From assembly GCA_051362555.1 (NCBI GenBank), contig CM120643.1:19658848-19722847 (forward strand): a stretch of 64,000 nucleotides of DNA. Reading direction: 5' to 3'. The stretch's first letter is position 1; each line of letters opens with the position of its first letter. The position numbers and the translations under genes are program-made. This document shows, one piece after another, positions 40,801-55,410 of this stretch. The notes under the pieces are model-generated. The model did no database searches, was not told the origin of the DNA, and saw only the letters and a program-made list of their open reading frames with translations. The stretch comes from Lingula anatina (Eukaryota; Animalia; Brachiopoda).

Positions 40801-43297
40801 CCGTCTCTGAACAGATTCAATGTGATTGGGTATAACTTATTTTTGAAAAAAAAAAAAACTCGTTCTATGTTTTGTTAATAGTGTGCTTAAATCGGCATAC
40901 TTCCGAATTTGGACATTTTAGGTCACGAAATGTCGCTATTATTTGGTGTCGATTGCTGTTCGTACCTGTATATATGTCTTGAATTCATCTTCTCGGTAGA
41001 TTGGAAATCTTATTTATGACTTGCACGATGATGCCATTAATATTTCAAATAAACCTTGCTTCACTTGCTTTAACACTGATCAGACGACAGCGAGATGACG
41101 AGGTGAAAGCCATAGGGGTGATCTTTCGTATGAAAACGAAGACAGTCTCGAGATTTGGTCCGATAGAACTTCTCTTTGAAAAGTTTCTGAAACGCAGGTG
41201 TTGGGAAAAAAACATACTCGGTGATCTTTGTGAACTTGCACAGAGAAGAGGTGACAGTGAATGTGATAAGATCAGATGGAACGAAATATAACAAATTGAT
41301 CATTTAGATAAAATGTCGAAAACGCCATCAAAATCCGCTTCAGAGTATTTCGTTCCCCGGTGTTGTCGGCTAGACTGTCCTTTGCTGTGACCAGCCTCTT
41401 TACTTTACAAATGATTAATTGATAATTATTTAAAGACGAGAGAAGTTGCTGTTTTGGCTTTACATGAAACGAAAGAAATTAAAGTGTTGGTTATTTTTCA
41501 ATTCTGAGATCCTGATTGCAACCAAATTCATCTTTCTGTGATTACAACTAAAAAAAAAAAAATTAATCAAATACCGACCATAGCGCGGCCAATGTCTCTC
41601 GTCAAATTAGTATTATTTTATGTACTGTTGAGGGGGATTTCTACTTGTCTGAAAACTGCCATTTTTCTTTACAAATACCTTGCGCTAATGTTTCGTAGGC
41701 ATGTGACGACCTGTTTGGGTGATTAAACGTCTGTCCCTTCACGAAAATATTACGCTATCAGTGGAAGTGAAAATCAAAGCAATGTATGCAATGGCTCGCT
41801 ACATGCAAGTGTTAGGATTCTGTGAGACAGCAACGATTGAAAAGAATATCTGTTGTCTTGGATTGCTTAGGTTGAAAAAAGAAATTGTCTTGGAACTTAT
41901 TTTATGCAAAAGGTGGACTCCTGACGTACTATAGAGGGTTTCTTTTTATTGCATGCGATTTATTGAAGACCTCAAGAAAACTCATTAAAGAATTTGTCCT
42001 GCCTCAAATCCCACCAACCGTTTCTTAAACAATAGCCTCGCATCCTTTCCCTATTATAACAAAAATAACGTTTTATTTCAACAAAAATAGTATATAAAAA
42101 CATCAACGCCAGAGTGAAGGTCTTATCACCTACTGACGACGTCTAGACTACGGCAATACGACTGATGTAAATAAAGAAAGGTATATTGACTCTGTGAGTC
42201 GAGTTGGTCAATAGTGAAAAAAAACTATTTTTGAAGACATATAGTCGTGAACCATTACACGGACGCCGTCTTTGTTTTGTTTTGTTATATGTAGTAGAGT
42301 GACATAAATTTGGGATATAAAAATTGGCATATAAACTTGGACATCAAAATTCTAGGTCGCAAATTGTCTCTACTCTCACAGCCTAGAAAAATATTTGGTC
42401 TTGATTGTTGTTCGCACATGCACATAGAATCTATACATTGAATATGTCTTTTGATAAGATTTCCCTCGCTTATCGTTGTGTCCTTAGGCGCAACAATACG
42501 AACACATTGCCTTTCTTCAACCGTAAGATAAATATGGCATTAAATTATATAAAAATACTTGCTATCAAATAACCCTAGCTAAGATTTAAAATAGGATTTA
42601 GAATAAAATATAAAGTACTAGTCTGTGAATTGGAAAGTATTCTGCAAGATAGTCTAATATCTAATTCAAAAGAGAAAGAGAGGGGGGGGGGGGAGAGAGA
42701 CTCAGTGCCACTTCTCACCACAGTGGGTAAACAGTAGCCTCGGTAGATTGGGCCCTTCGGAGGAATCAGGCTTTCTTGGCCAAAATTTCGTATTATTCGC
42801 CCAAGCTTCTTCTCAAAGGAAAAAGAAACAAATGTGTCGATGCCTGTCGTAAATGTTCACGGTTAGACTGGTCCAGAACAGAGACACTTTTGATTTCGGT
42901 AGATGGTTTATCTATTATCTGTTATTACTTTCTAATAATGATAATTACTTGAAAAAAATCTAATACTCTACAGTTAAAACTTGAAAAAGTGGGCATGACT
43001 GTATTCCGTGGAAACTTGTGAAACGAGACGTAGAGAAAGTGCAGGCCTGGACGGAGGTGGGGGGGGGGGGGGGGGGGGCAGGGGGAGGTAGTGCTTCCCC
43101 ACTCGAGATTTTTAAAAACTTTTTGGTCTGATCTTTGCAAAGTGTTAACATTTCTATTCTACCAGTCCATAAGAAGTTTTTAACTTCTCCTTCAGCCAGC
43201 CTCTAGGTGAAGACCGTGGAGGGTACAAAAAACTTATTTGCGTGTATTGTAAGCCTTCGATAGCTCCCCTTCCCCATGCATTTTTTAGCTTACGGCC

Positions 43298-43336
<39 letters not shown>

Positions 43337-46099
43337 GCTGAAATCACACACGCCCCATACTATATGTTTATATTGACCTAACTTGTTCCCTTCAAATATA
43401 CTACAAGTTCAACACAGGCATTGATTACCCTGGACTTCATTTAATTTACAAAGTCAGAGTATACGATTTTCTTATTGATCTAAAAAATAAAATCATGCAC
43501 TCAATTCAATGAAAAAATGGCTTCTACTTCATGTTTACATCAGTTTTAAATTAAAACCATTCTAGTTCTAATATTTTTACCACAAAATATTTGCTTTACT
43601 CCTTACTGTCCTTAGACAGTCCTTGTAGCCTATCTAAACAACCCAGACGCAGGGTCTTATAAACAAATACTTGAGAGTAAGGCCCAACGTTTTCTGTGAG
43701 ACGTGTTCGTACCGAACCAACTTAAAAAAGGTTGACACGTTTCACATTGGGTGCTCTTTTAAAAAGAAAATATCTTTCTAACCTATGTGTCCAACCCTTA
43801 GCTTCTCCCTGCTCTCTGACCATAGGGTGCGCTAGTTGTCTGTTACAAATTTTATTGTATAACCTACACTTAAACTTTTACACTATTTTAGAGGCCCATG
43901 ATATCAGAGGGAAGTTTATCCAATACGTTGCTGAGAAAAAAAAAAGAATAACAATGATCAATCGGCAGCACTTGTTAGATAACTTATACGCCTGTGGGGC
44001 TTCATTGTGAGCGTGTTTTTCCCCGAAGGCAAGGAACTGAGGCTGAACCCGCCATTTTGTAAAATGAAAACAGGAGAAAAGGTGGGGGAGCTACCCCTTA
44101 GATTCGCCTATGATAACGAACCATACATTTTATAGTCAAAGTCACATTACCAATCTGAACCTGCCGTGGAGACTGAAATATGTTTCTGAGATCAGAATCG
44201 ATCTGTAGTTCCCCAGCGCGATCCTTGCAGCCCTAAGATAGACCAATCATATTATTTCGTAAATTGTTTACAGACAGAGTTAATCAAATATGTCGCACAA
44301 TGCGCAGTACATTTGTAATTTCCTTCCCGCGTTCTTTTTCTCTTGACAAGTTTGCAAATTTCCATTACACCCTGCTCTTTTAATAGACTAAAAGCCCCTT
44401 TTGGGAAGTTTTTTTTTTTTTTTTTTTCAATTCCAAGGCCAAGTAACGAGGAAACGCAGGTCGACCAACATTAAACTACTCAAAATAGATAGATTCATCG
44501 CATACAGCGTTGATGGCAAACACCCTCCGCTCTCTTCCGAATCCTGCGAAATTTCGCTAGATTTTGCGCTAGTTCACGAGACATTTAGGTTACGTTCCAT
44601 TCCATTCAAAACACCGGGTTATATTATCACCGGCAATCAGTTGTGATAATCGATGATCACAAATACGGGGAACAAAATGATGGGTAGAATTGACAGCAAG
44701 ACAACGCAACGGGAATTCCCTCTCCGACAAGATTCTCAGTTTTGAAGTGATACCGTCGTAGTTGTACAGGCATCTTTTTTTTCCTTTTTTTCATATCGGA
44801 TTATCGAATTCGGAATTTTTCATTGTTTAAGTTAAGTTTTTATGGCCCCAAACGTTGGTGTTTATTTATTTATTTCAATCCTTCTTACAATTAAGTCTAC
44901 CTTTCTATAACCCTCAATATATCCGCCCCCAGTTACCTGCACCTTCAAGCGGCCTTGGTACGCCAACGAGTGCGTGTAAAATTACAACACAATACCACAT
45001 CACACTGCTAAAAATATCGTCTTCATGGAAAGTAACGTTTGTTTTGAAATGAGGCGGAGCTATCCCCCCACGCGCAGACTTACTTCTTGGTAACGCTTTG
45101 GAAGTAATAATTTGGTCACAGTTACAAGGAATACAGAAGAGGGAACTTCTGGCATGATGCAAGAAAAAACATTTTTTTATTTTTGTGCAAACGTCACAAT
45201 TTTTAATGCTGCTAAGGAAGTATAACAAAACTATGTAATGTGCGGTTTAAAACGGGCGTGCAAGTTGATATATCCGTTGTCATAATTTGTAAAACTAATA
45301 CAGGCAATGGGATTTTGATTTATATACACTGAAAATACCAGTAAACATCCACTTTAAATCATGCTGTAAACTGCTTGGCTTCACAAAGAAAACAATATTA
45401 CAGTCGACATTGAGATAATCATTTGTCCTTTTTTTCTAATACAGAAACGTCTCTGTGTCGCGGCGTATAGGAAGTTCTAGTGATTAAATTCAATCGATAA
45501 ATAATGATTCTAGACTTCAAATCAAATGCTAAATATACGCATTACATCACCAAACAAATACTCCACAATATTCCAAAAAGAGTCAATAAGGGTTTCATTT
45601 ACATTCTCTTCTCTGGATGATTTTTAAAATCTCTCTTTTTTGCCCTTTGTAAAATTATATTTTACAAATGCACATACTGAACGCAAGTTACTAAATGTAT
45701 TACTTCAAGTTTTGGTTAACATGTGATATCAATAGTTAAGTTATCTTAGCACTTCTTTTTATTTTTAAACTTTATTCATTCAGTCATTTCATTAACTTGA
45801 TCGAGGCAAAACTCATTCATTAAAAAAGTTCGTATTAATAGCGGCAATGCGAATAAGAGCTGTATATATTTGATAGTGCCAAGTGGTTGCTTTCTTTGAC
45901 AAAATCAGACTCAGAAGTGAAGAAAAAAATTCATCTGGTGATATGGTTTAATTTTATACGTAAAATAAAAAAATAGCATCATTGGACCATAGACATTCCC
46001 CACTATCCACACGCAGCGCTGACATCTGTAGTGCATGTTAATTGTGTAAAAAATTCTCAGAATGTGGAAAAAGCATGAAACTGCACACAAATGTTCTTT

Positions 46100-47305
46100 G
46101 GACTATGCTGATCATTTTCAAGGGTAGTGCCACAAATACCAAGGCGTTTCTTAGCATCTGTTGCTATGGAAGTGGATTGCCTTAATAACAAGCTAAGCGG
46201 ACCTTTCTTGTCCAGTTTAAATGATTTAGAGAGTCTGGTTACAATGTTTCAGGATATCCGAACTATCAGTAGACTATTTTAAGACATTTAAAACCGAAAT
46301 AAGCCTTAGCAACAGTTGCTAGGCAGCATATTACCCTAGCAATAAGCGTTTGGAGTTGTGGCAAACCTACGTAAATGGCTAGGAACTATAAAATTGATCA
46401 ATATATTCATAACTAGTTGCTGAGGCAACATATTCAAAGTTAGTAACCAGTCATTATCAAGTTTGTTATCACCTTAGGACTGTTTATGAACCTTTGCCAT
46501 AGTTTAGGCGTTACTATTCCCCTTGAACGTGCAATATACAGTGTGTTTTAAGAGCGCCCTTACACATTCCAGTCTCTACCAGTGCATCTGCTCCTACAGG
46601 CACACTTCAGCTCTTTTGCACAGTGCACTCTAGCTTCTGGCAAATGTGTCCACAAGGGCGTACACCAGTCAGCGGGAGATGGTATTAGACGGTACGGCTC
46701 CTTAGTACTAGCCCCAGCCATATCCACCTTGCGAGACTGCTCTTCTAATATGTTGCTGTAGAGCAGCCTTGGTGGGAGGAAGAGATGACATCTGATGCAC
46801 TTTAAATTGAATGTGCTAGGGAGAAACTATGGCAAAGGTTCATCAACTGTCGTAAGGTGATAACAAACTTGAAAATGACTGGTTACTAACTTTGAATATG
46901 CTGCCTTCAAGTATCAGCAGCAATTGTTTTGATCAGATGTGTATAAATTTAACACAATGGTTTCAACTAACTGTCTCAAAAGTATGAATATCTTGATCAA
47001 TAGAATAGTTCCTAGCCAGTAACATAAGTTTGCCTTATTAAATAGATTACATAATTTAAACGCTTGTTGCTAGGGTAATATGCTACCTAGCAACTGTTGC
47101 TGTGGTTTATTTCGGTTTTTAATTACTTATCTATTCTACTGGTAGTTCTCATGTCCTGAAACATTATAAACAGCCTTCCTAAACCATTTAATCTGGACAA
47201 GAAAGGTCCAATTAGCACGTTACTTAGGTAATTCTCTTCTCTAGCAACGGTTGCTAAGCAACGTTTTGGTATTTTTGGCTCTGCCCTTGAAAATGATCAG
47301 CTATA
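46100..47305. mobile_element. Foldback element: ~400-480-bp inverted arms around a ~320-bp spacer
   Basis: gctgatcattttcaaggg (46107) vs cccttgaaaatgatcagc (47284); gaacctttgccatagttt (46488) vs aaactatggcaaaggttc (46824). Confidence 0.75.
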
Positions 47306-49032
47306 AGCACCATTTTAAAACCAAAAACTTAAAAACCAATAACTCTTTGAGGAGCATCGGAAGACTGCCATATTTTGTAACGAAATTGAACCTTTTCATT
47401 TAAGGCAAAAACGGGTTGATTTTATTAGTGCGAAATTTTCAATGAGACGAATTTTGAACGCATTTTGATACCTTTTAGATTGGCATGTGTCACATTCACC
47501 TTATTCGTCCATTAATACATTTGTTTGTTCTTTTATTATCCAGCTGTATCCAGATGTGTTCCCCAGACGATTTTTTAAAATTTAGCAATTTGTAGTTCGC
47601 ATCTTCCCACTATGAATCTACTTGAATGATCTCAAATTTCGTTAATTTCTACAACACGTGTATTTTAACTGTTTTAAATTTATATGTATAAGTCATATTA
47701 GGCTGATCAGTCACAAACTATCTTTGTTCTGATGCCTGAAAAATGCATGTTTTGCCTTTGCTATATGTTCTTACACAGGTCTGCTTGTGGCTAATCTGAA
47801 TCTTATCGATTGGATTCTGTCAATAATATCAAACAGTGTGGCGAGAGTGTGTAGTATGCATACACGACCAGAAGAGGATTTTATATGAGTGAAATCGAGT
47901 GATAATCCTGGGATTATAAGTTTTATATTCCGGTATTTGAAACCGAAAAAGGTAATGATATGATTTAGTTTTGGTAAATAAGGAGTATTTGGCATTCTAC
48001 AGTGGAAAAAGGTATCCCTTTGAAATGGGGGGTGGGGTCTTACTGGTCCATGTTCCGTTTTATATAATTGTTTCTTTATATTGTGGATATCGATCGTCCT
48101 ATCTCATTACCCCTCCCTTCCGAGAGAGAGAGAAAGAGAGAGATCGTTTGAGACATGTAACGGAACCTTGGTCCATATCTATATAATTGTATTATAGCCA
48201 TGACCTTGACCATCAAGTGCAAATATTTTTTAAGTCGTCGCCAAGGTAAAATATACAATAATGACACCACTGGATGCTGAGGGCCACTTTCCCTTTCAGT
48301 ATCAACCGAGGGGCCAGGCTGGGTGGGCTGTAAAGTGGTTCACACCTTTTACGAATGAGAAAAGATGTAAGAAAATATAGATTTATCGAAATGTAGAGCT
48401 CATTGAGGAAAGGTGTTCAAGCGCGCTATAACATAAACATGTTTTGGCGCATTTTATCCACTGTATTGGTTTTATTCATATATGTAATTAAGGCCTAAGA
48501 AAATATACTTTTACCTGCCTACCGGTACGATTACGTGTCATAAAGGACGTCATTTACTTGTTGAATAAACAAATCATTGAAAAGATAAACATTTAGTGAC
48601 ACCTTTTGATACGATTTAATTTTCAAGTTTTTTTCTCGTCTTTTCTGTTCAAGAATAAAAGAAGCTTAAAGTAATATACCGTATGACGTAATGGAATCAA
48701 TAACAAAAACAAACGTAATTTATATCGGATTTTCGCGAAAATGTGTGATATTCTTAATGCTGTAAGGACAGAAGCATATTAGACACGGGCCCTTAGTCTG
48801 GGAGTTGATTCGGGTCGGGCTAGGGCGTTTTAAGGTAATAACCTTAACATTTCAACGAATTAGACCGGGGTGTGGAACATGTTAATATAACATAAAAAAA
48901 TATTTGTTTAAAATTGTAAAATGAACGCCAAGACGCGATAAATCTGGAATAAAAGTAGAAATTGGGTGCTCATTTTCCCACCCCGGCTACACGCTTGAAA
49001 CGCTGCTTTTTGTTTACTTTTTTAAAAAACTT

Positions 49033-49099
<67 letters not shown>

Positions 49100-50295
49100 T
49101 TGCTGTAGAAGGTTTGAATTTGAAAAAAAATATGGGCCATTTTATACAAGATCTTAACTGATACTGAATTCAAAGCTTTTCCTTTATGTGATAATGTTTA
49201 TTTCCTGGTACATTATACTCGCCACACCCTACAGAGCTTTATGACGCGAAAACACCGCACTCCCTTCACAATTAATACGGGAACAGTCGAAAATGAAAAG
49301 TTTCAATGTCAGAACAACAGTCACTGTATTCTATTGATTAAATCGTAATGTAAGGTTAATTTTAATGAACGGATTCTGTCACGAAAAAAGAATAATAATA
49401 ATTAAATAAAAGGCAAAAACGGGATATATAACGACTGTTCTAGTTATAAATTTATACGAATATAAACTTTATCACCAATTAATGAACAATTTTGTTTCAA
49501 ACTTTCACTTTAGAAAAATGTCTCAGTCAATTTATGTATGAAGACTATAAAAAATTGACCCGGCTTTAACAAACAAACAAACAAACAAACGAACGAACAA
49601 ATTTGTAAACAAAACGAACAAACAAAACGAAAAGACTTATTATATAAGATTATTTTATCGTCTAAAGCGAATCACAAAATTAGAAGTTTGTAAAATCATA
49701 AGCCACAATCAGCGGCTAATACCAAAAAATAAAGTCTGTTTTTAAGACTCTACCTCGAAACGCCACCACTATTTGCGTGCTGTGACGCTATGTATAGTTT
49801 CTTTGAAAAGGGTGGGCGTTTTCTAATACGCAGAGGCGGGAACAGTAGTGTTGCCCTGTGTAATTAAGAGAGAAAAAATATACGTTTTAGCCAGTTTAAT
49901 ATATAGAAGGTCAGGTATGCTCGGGGTTGGGTGAGAAAAATTAAAGGCAACCAGGGTAGGAAATACCAGTACGTGTAGAATTTCCACTTGAAAAAGTCCC
50001 AGTATTAGAGTCCGCTGTGTGGCGCTAGTAGTTTCAACACGCGATAGCCTCGGTGTGGAATGAAATATTTTCCCACAATCCTTACCACACCTAAAACATG
50101 TAATGGCCGACTGGTGACTACACAGGAAAGATTTGTGTCTACGGAGCCAGAACGAAGGCCTAGATTTCTGCTCCACTCTCCCCAGATGCTTTAAAGAAGC
50201 TGGACTGCACTTGAGAGCCGGGCAATCGGTTGGTGTTTATTTAGGAACTCGCTAAGATCGGTCTATTGGAAGCGGAGCTCCCCCCGATTTTTGAC

Positions 50296-50437
50296 ATGAT
50301 GGGAAGATGGAACTGCATTCGGGGGTCCAAAGAAGACGACGATGCGAAAAGATTACGCGAGAATAACAAGAAAATCGAAAAACAGCTGCAGAAAGATAAA
50401 CAGCTCTACAAGGCCACACATAGACTTCTTTTATTGG
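50296..50437 (+). CDS. GNAS: G protein alpha-s, proximal first coding exon (1b)
   Basis: [48 protein letters not shown] then gttagt, phase 1; in-frame TAG upstream at 50242. Confidence 0.88.
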
Positions 50438-50582
50438 GTTAGTAATACCGCTTAAATATCGACGCCGCATCGTATTTGTGGGTTTGTTTTGTAGCCGTGT
50501 GGGCGGCCATGATATTTGTTACCTTCGTCATACTGCACCGGCTTTCTGCCGACTAACAGATATCCATGTCGTGTTTTTTCAG

Positions 50583-50655
50583 GGGCAGGAGAATCAGGAA
50601 AGTCCACAATTGTCAAGCAGATGAAGATCTTGCATGTCAATGGATATAACACAGA
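50583..50655 (+). CDS. GNAS: G protein alpha-s exon 2 (P-loop)
   Basis: tttcag acceptor; [25 protein letters not shown]; gtgagt donor; 73 nt. Confidence 0.96.
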
Positions 50656-53600
50656 GTGAGTAGAATTACTATGAAGTTGCCAATTTGTTATTGTTTTTTT
50701 GAAGGGTTGCTGGGGAAGGTAAGGGACGTGATATACTCAGTTTAGGAAGAGAAATACCGATCAGTTTCTTTGAGATTACTCTTTTCAAATTTAAAAAGAA
50801 ATAAATAATAAATGCCCCCTTTATAATTAGACTGTTTAAGATGGATCAAGCCAGAGAAAAGCTGTGACATGTCCAAAGTAGAATTGTTTTTCTGCATGAC
50901 ATGAAGGTGACAAGTTTATAATTGTGTACAGTGTGACTTGTCACCTGCAATAGAAAGGTTACATATCTGAAGATTCAGTCATCAAAATTGTCTGTTCCTT
51001 TCAGCTGAAGATAACATAGTAAACATGTGCATATTGTTGCCATTCTGTTTAATTACTATATTTTTGCATGAACTTAAATTTTTTTTATGTACAAGAACAA
51101 CCAACAGCAATGCCTGGATTTTCCACATAAAATGGTCAACTATAACTTTGTCTGAAAATGATGCTTGAAATCAAGAGGAGACTAAAATTATGTCTTGCGT
51201 CTGACATTTACCTAAGATTCAGTTTTGGAGGCCCTTGGTACACTTTCTTGGTGAATAGTCCTCCACAATCTATATCAAAGGAACATAGGAGTGATCTCAA
51301 AGTCAAATTTTAAAAGGAAACTCTGACTCTGATGTTAAAAGAAGTTGCCATGGTGATGCACTCAGTGATAGCACACCTATTGCTGTCACTTTGTCACCAA
51401 GACTTAGTTTCCGGGACACACAGGACAGAGTTGGTTATTTCACTTAGAAACATAAATTGTTTAGACAAACACTTTTTTTTTCCGTTTTTCTTGTGAAACA
51501 ATGCAGACAGTTATCCGGATCCTTCACGGTAACACCTCTCTTCCCCCTCCCTTGTTCATAGAGGTGATCTGACTGCTATATGATTTGTTTTATACTACAG
51601 CTTCAGACAGTTGAGATTTTCTTTTCTAAATCTGGGAAAGTCCGGTATTGGAATGTAGTATATGAGTTAATAGGTTTGGCTTGTTCAGTTTGTAATTGGC
51701 CTTAAAATGGTCTTTTTAAAGACAATCCTGTATTGTACATGAATGAAACTTTGTTGAATGTATCATTAGATCCATTAAATTTCGTTTATTTTAGTAAGAC
51801 GGTTATGTCAAAGTGTTCAAGGGGTCCCTTAGTGATGCCTCTCAGACCTAAGTTTATGGCTGCCATAGTGCAGGGAATGGCTATGCTGTGTTTCTTTTCT
51901 CTGTGTATGGGTTGCTTTTGGCTGGTTTGTACCAGTTTCGAAAACCTGTAGTGGTGTTTTTGACAACCTGTTACCATTCCAAGGGAAACATAGTGATAAA
52001 AGAGTGCCTGTATTTGGTGGTAGGGTGAGGGTTTGCTCAGACACCAGCTCCGGAGTCGAGAACTTCTCTCTCTCTCTCTCAGATTATAAGTTTGGTCCTA
52101 CTTTATGCCAGGCAGTGTGATCGTTTCAGCTCAGTGTTTTGGTGCCTGCTTCTCACTCATTGCTATCATTACCCAGTTGTAGACATAATAAATGTAATTT
52201 GACAATACTGCTGTTGACTTTTATGAGAGGATGAAAAAAAAAAGAAAAGGGGAGAGATGGAGTTGCCTTTGGAACCTTTATTGCCAGATCACCACAGAGT
52301 GTAATTCACTTGAGGATTTCTCCAGATTTCTGCTGTGTTTCTCTCAAGCTATTATTATCTGTACTCAGGATGTGTGACAGAAGTGTACTTGTTACCGTGG
52401 CAACATCGCATCATCTCATATCACATATCTAAGCTGTTGGAAATAAATAATACAGATGTATTGGGCAAATACTCATTATTGTAATGAACATTTAAAAGGG
52501 TTCTTCTGCTTGTGTCTTGATACACTAGTGACCATAGCTTGACTGCTGTCCACTTTATCTGCTCTCAGCTACAGTATTAAATATGAGCAATAACGCTTCA
52601 TAAGCATTCCGCTCATTTTTGCCTTGTGCCTTAAAATCTGGTTGCATGTCTCTAATAGAAATATCAAATACTTGACCATATGATGCAGGCTCTACTAGTT
52701 TGGAGACATGGGATTTATATCTTTATGGTATAGCAAGATAATATAGCACCTTTTTCAAACTATAAGAAAAAATTTGTCTTCTCTGGCATGGAAAACTGTT
52801 CACTACAAATTCATTAATATTTGATACATGTTGTTCGTCATTGTCTCTTTGATTTGGTTCCGATTTTTGATATGCATAATTTGTTTGGTATTTTTGGCAG
52901 AAACTTTGTTTGAAACCAGAGCCAAGATAATCTGTTGATATTGCCGCATTTAGATTTCACCTTCAATCGCCTAGGAATTTAAGATGCATAGAATAGGACT
53001 GCAGTTTTCGTTTCCCAGTTTTAAGGGTGACAGAGCCGAGAGTATTGCTCCTTTGCGTCTAAATTATCATATATATATATATATATGTACATAGCAACAA
53101 CAATGCGAGGTGGATTTAAAAAATTAATTAATAGTAAAAAATGCCATTTAGATTCAGGACCAAATTCTAAAGAAGCATGACATAGTTAGGGAATCAGAAT
53201 AGAGAATCATGACCTACCCCTATTTAAGAGGAGTTTTGAATATATGAGCTGACTATATTTGGCCTAATTTGATGTGGGTTCAAACTCCAGAATCACAAAT
53301 GACAAAAATGAATGAGAGAGTGGCCTTGTTAACAGGAGGTCAAGTGTAGTGCAGATAAAAATAGCAACAAGGAGGACATATTTAGCATAGTTTACATAAT
53401 TTATGGAGCAGAGGGCCATTTTTAACTGCCTAATGGCTGTGATTAGTTGAGGTGCTGGTGGCAGCTCAGGGCATAGCTAAGACACTCACCAGCTAGCTGG
53501 GGTACTCTGTTGTACTGAGTGGGGTGAGATAGCCATTAATGTTCCTAGTGGTGCTGCTGCCCCCCCCCCCCTCCCCCCAGAATTACTCTGTCGTTTCAGT

Positions 53601-55004
53601 TTGGGAAAATTGTTAATTTGTAGGTACTGTATTTTTAAACCCGTAATTTCTTAAAATTAGAACATACCTATTGAGTGGTAACAAGAAAATTAAAAAGCAT
53701 CTTACGTACTCTATGGTTCTATACTATGCAGTAAAGGCTCCATAAATGCTATATAGAAATATAATTTTTACAATTTTTGAATTATGTACCTGAAAGATTG
53801 ATCATTTATCCCCATTGAATAGATTGAGTAATCACCGTATATGTTCAACCTGTAATGAAGGTCCATCTTCCAAACTTCCTGATCTCCCAAGTTCACTCAG
53901 CTTGAAAAAAGACATAAAACATGATCAAATTTGAATTCAGTTCAGACTTTTCCTGCCCCCTTCTTCCCAACTCCTTCACCTTGCCTACTGGTCTGACTAT
54001 GAAGCAAATAATGGAAACATTTAGTAAGAGCTGCACCATTCATTTGATTTTTGAGAAGTGAATGAAGGTTTCAGTTTGAAAAAATGTACAGATCTATATT
54101 TAGAAATTTATTTTTGGGTGGTACTGAAGGTCTTTCCTTTACCTTTTGTGAGATTTAGCATTATTTGTGTTTCAAATGTTATTCTAGTTAAAGAATTGAG
54201 GAAGAAGGAAGTAAAGGATCAGATTGTGCAAAAAGCATAGGTTCATTTCAGCTTATCAAATGTCTTGCCAAAGCCCTTAGTCTAGCCAGATAAGATTTGT
54301 AAAAATCTTGCTATTTTACACAAATATTTTTATATGAATTTGATTTGCTAAAATAACAATTAAAATTTTAATTGAAATAAAAATGTACAAAATGTACACC
54401 AAGGCACATTTTGGCAAATCGGTTTTCTTGCTAAACATCCAATTCTTGTTAGAAAATGTGAAAATGTGTAAATAACCCTCTTTTTTACATTAGAATGTTT
54501 CTAAATGATTTTGATTTACTAGAATTATGAGCTTAAATAAAAATGCCAGTTTAGTTTGTTATATTGATGTGAGTCTACCATGTTGAATAATATATCCTCC
54601 CAGCAGCTCCCTGGGCCATGCCCACTATCCACAGCGGCATATGGAAAGTGATAAATTACGCTCCAGAAATAGCACTGTTTTGTTATTACTTTACTATTGT
54701 GGGCTGCAGGCCCTAATTATTTTCATAGGATATCAGGACATCAGTCACTATTTATATCAGGTGTACTGTTTCTGACTGTGTCTTACATTTGGAACATCGA
54801 TATGCAGTAGGCTAGTGTGACTGCTATTTCTTCATTGACACATGGTTTGGTTAGATAATATCTGCCTTTTGATAATTGTAATGACAAGTCTAGATGAAAC
54901 TGCTGTGCCTGTAGAAATAGACTAATGCATTATGAAGAAATGAAGTCTCCATGTATTAGGAGTTCAGCTGCACTGGCTGAGACTGACTATGCCAGCATAC
55001 ATGC

Positions 55005-55410
55005 TACAGCACCCTGTGACCCACTGTATGGACTGTGGCCTTCTGCTAGAGCACCCTGTGACTCACTGTATGGACTGTGGCCCTCTTTTTACTCAGCATG
55101 TTTCCCATTACCTTGAGTTTAGGAGCACTTACTATGACTCAGCACCTAGGATGCCCTCCCACCCCCCTACACTAGTCCCAATTCTAAATCCCCCCCCCTA
55201 CACTAGTCCTAGGTCTAAAACCCTGAGGGCATTCACCCTTCCTAGATAGGGCACTAGTCGAGTTTTGTCCCAGGTTATTCTGAAACTCTGAGGACATGCA
55301 CTCTCCCTGGATAGGGTGGGAATTACTAGTCTAGAGTAGTCCCAGGTTACTCTGAAACCCTGAGGACATTCACTCTCCCCTGGATGTGGTGCTAGTCTAG
55401 TCCCAGTTCT
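55005..55410. repeat. Degenerate tandem repeats
   Basis: agcaccctgtgac..actgtatggactgtggcc x2; actagtc...aaaccctgagg.cattcac about x4. Confidence 0.6.

Noticed and set aside
37988-45228. Short ORFs between the two G-alpha-s first exons
   Set aside because: No recognisable domains or consistent splice chain; treated as intronic.
51340-53560. Several SINE-like or tRNA-like fragments (~51345, ~52105, ~53450)
   Set aside because: No foldable cloverleaf or clear A/B boxes; too degraded to call.
54188-54240. Possible G-alpha-s exon 3 (ELRKKEVKDQIVQK)
   Set aside because: Only vague similarity, in-frame stop, no convincing splice sites; exon 3 is probably beyond the window.
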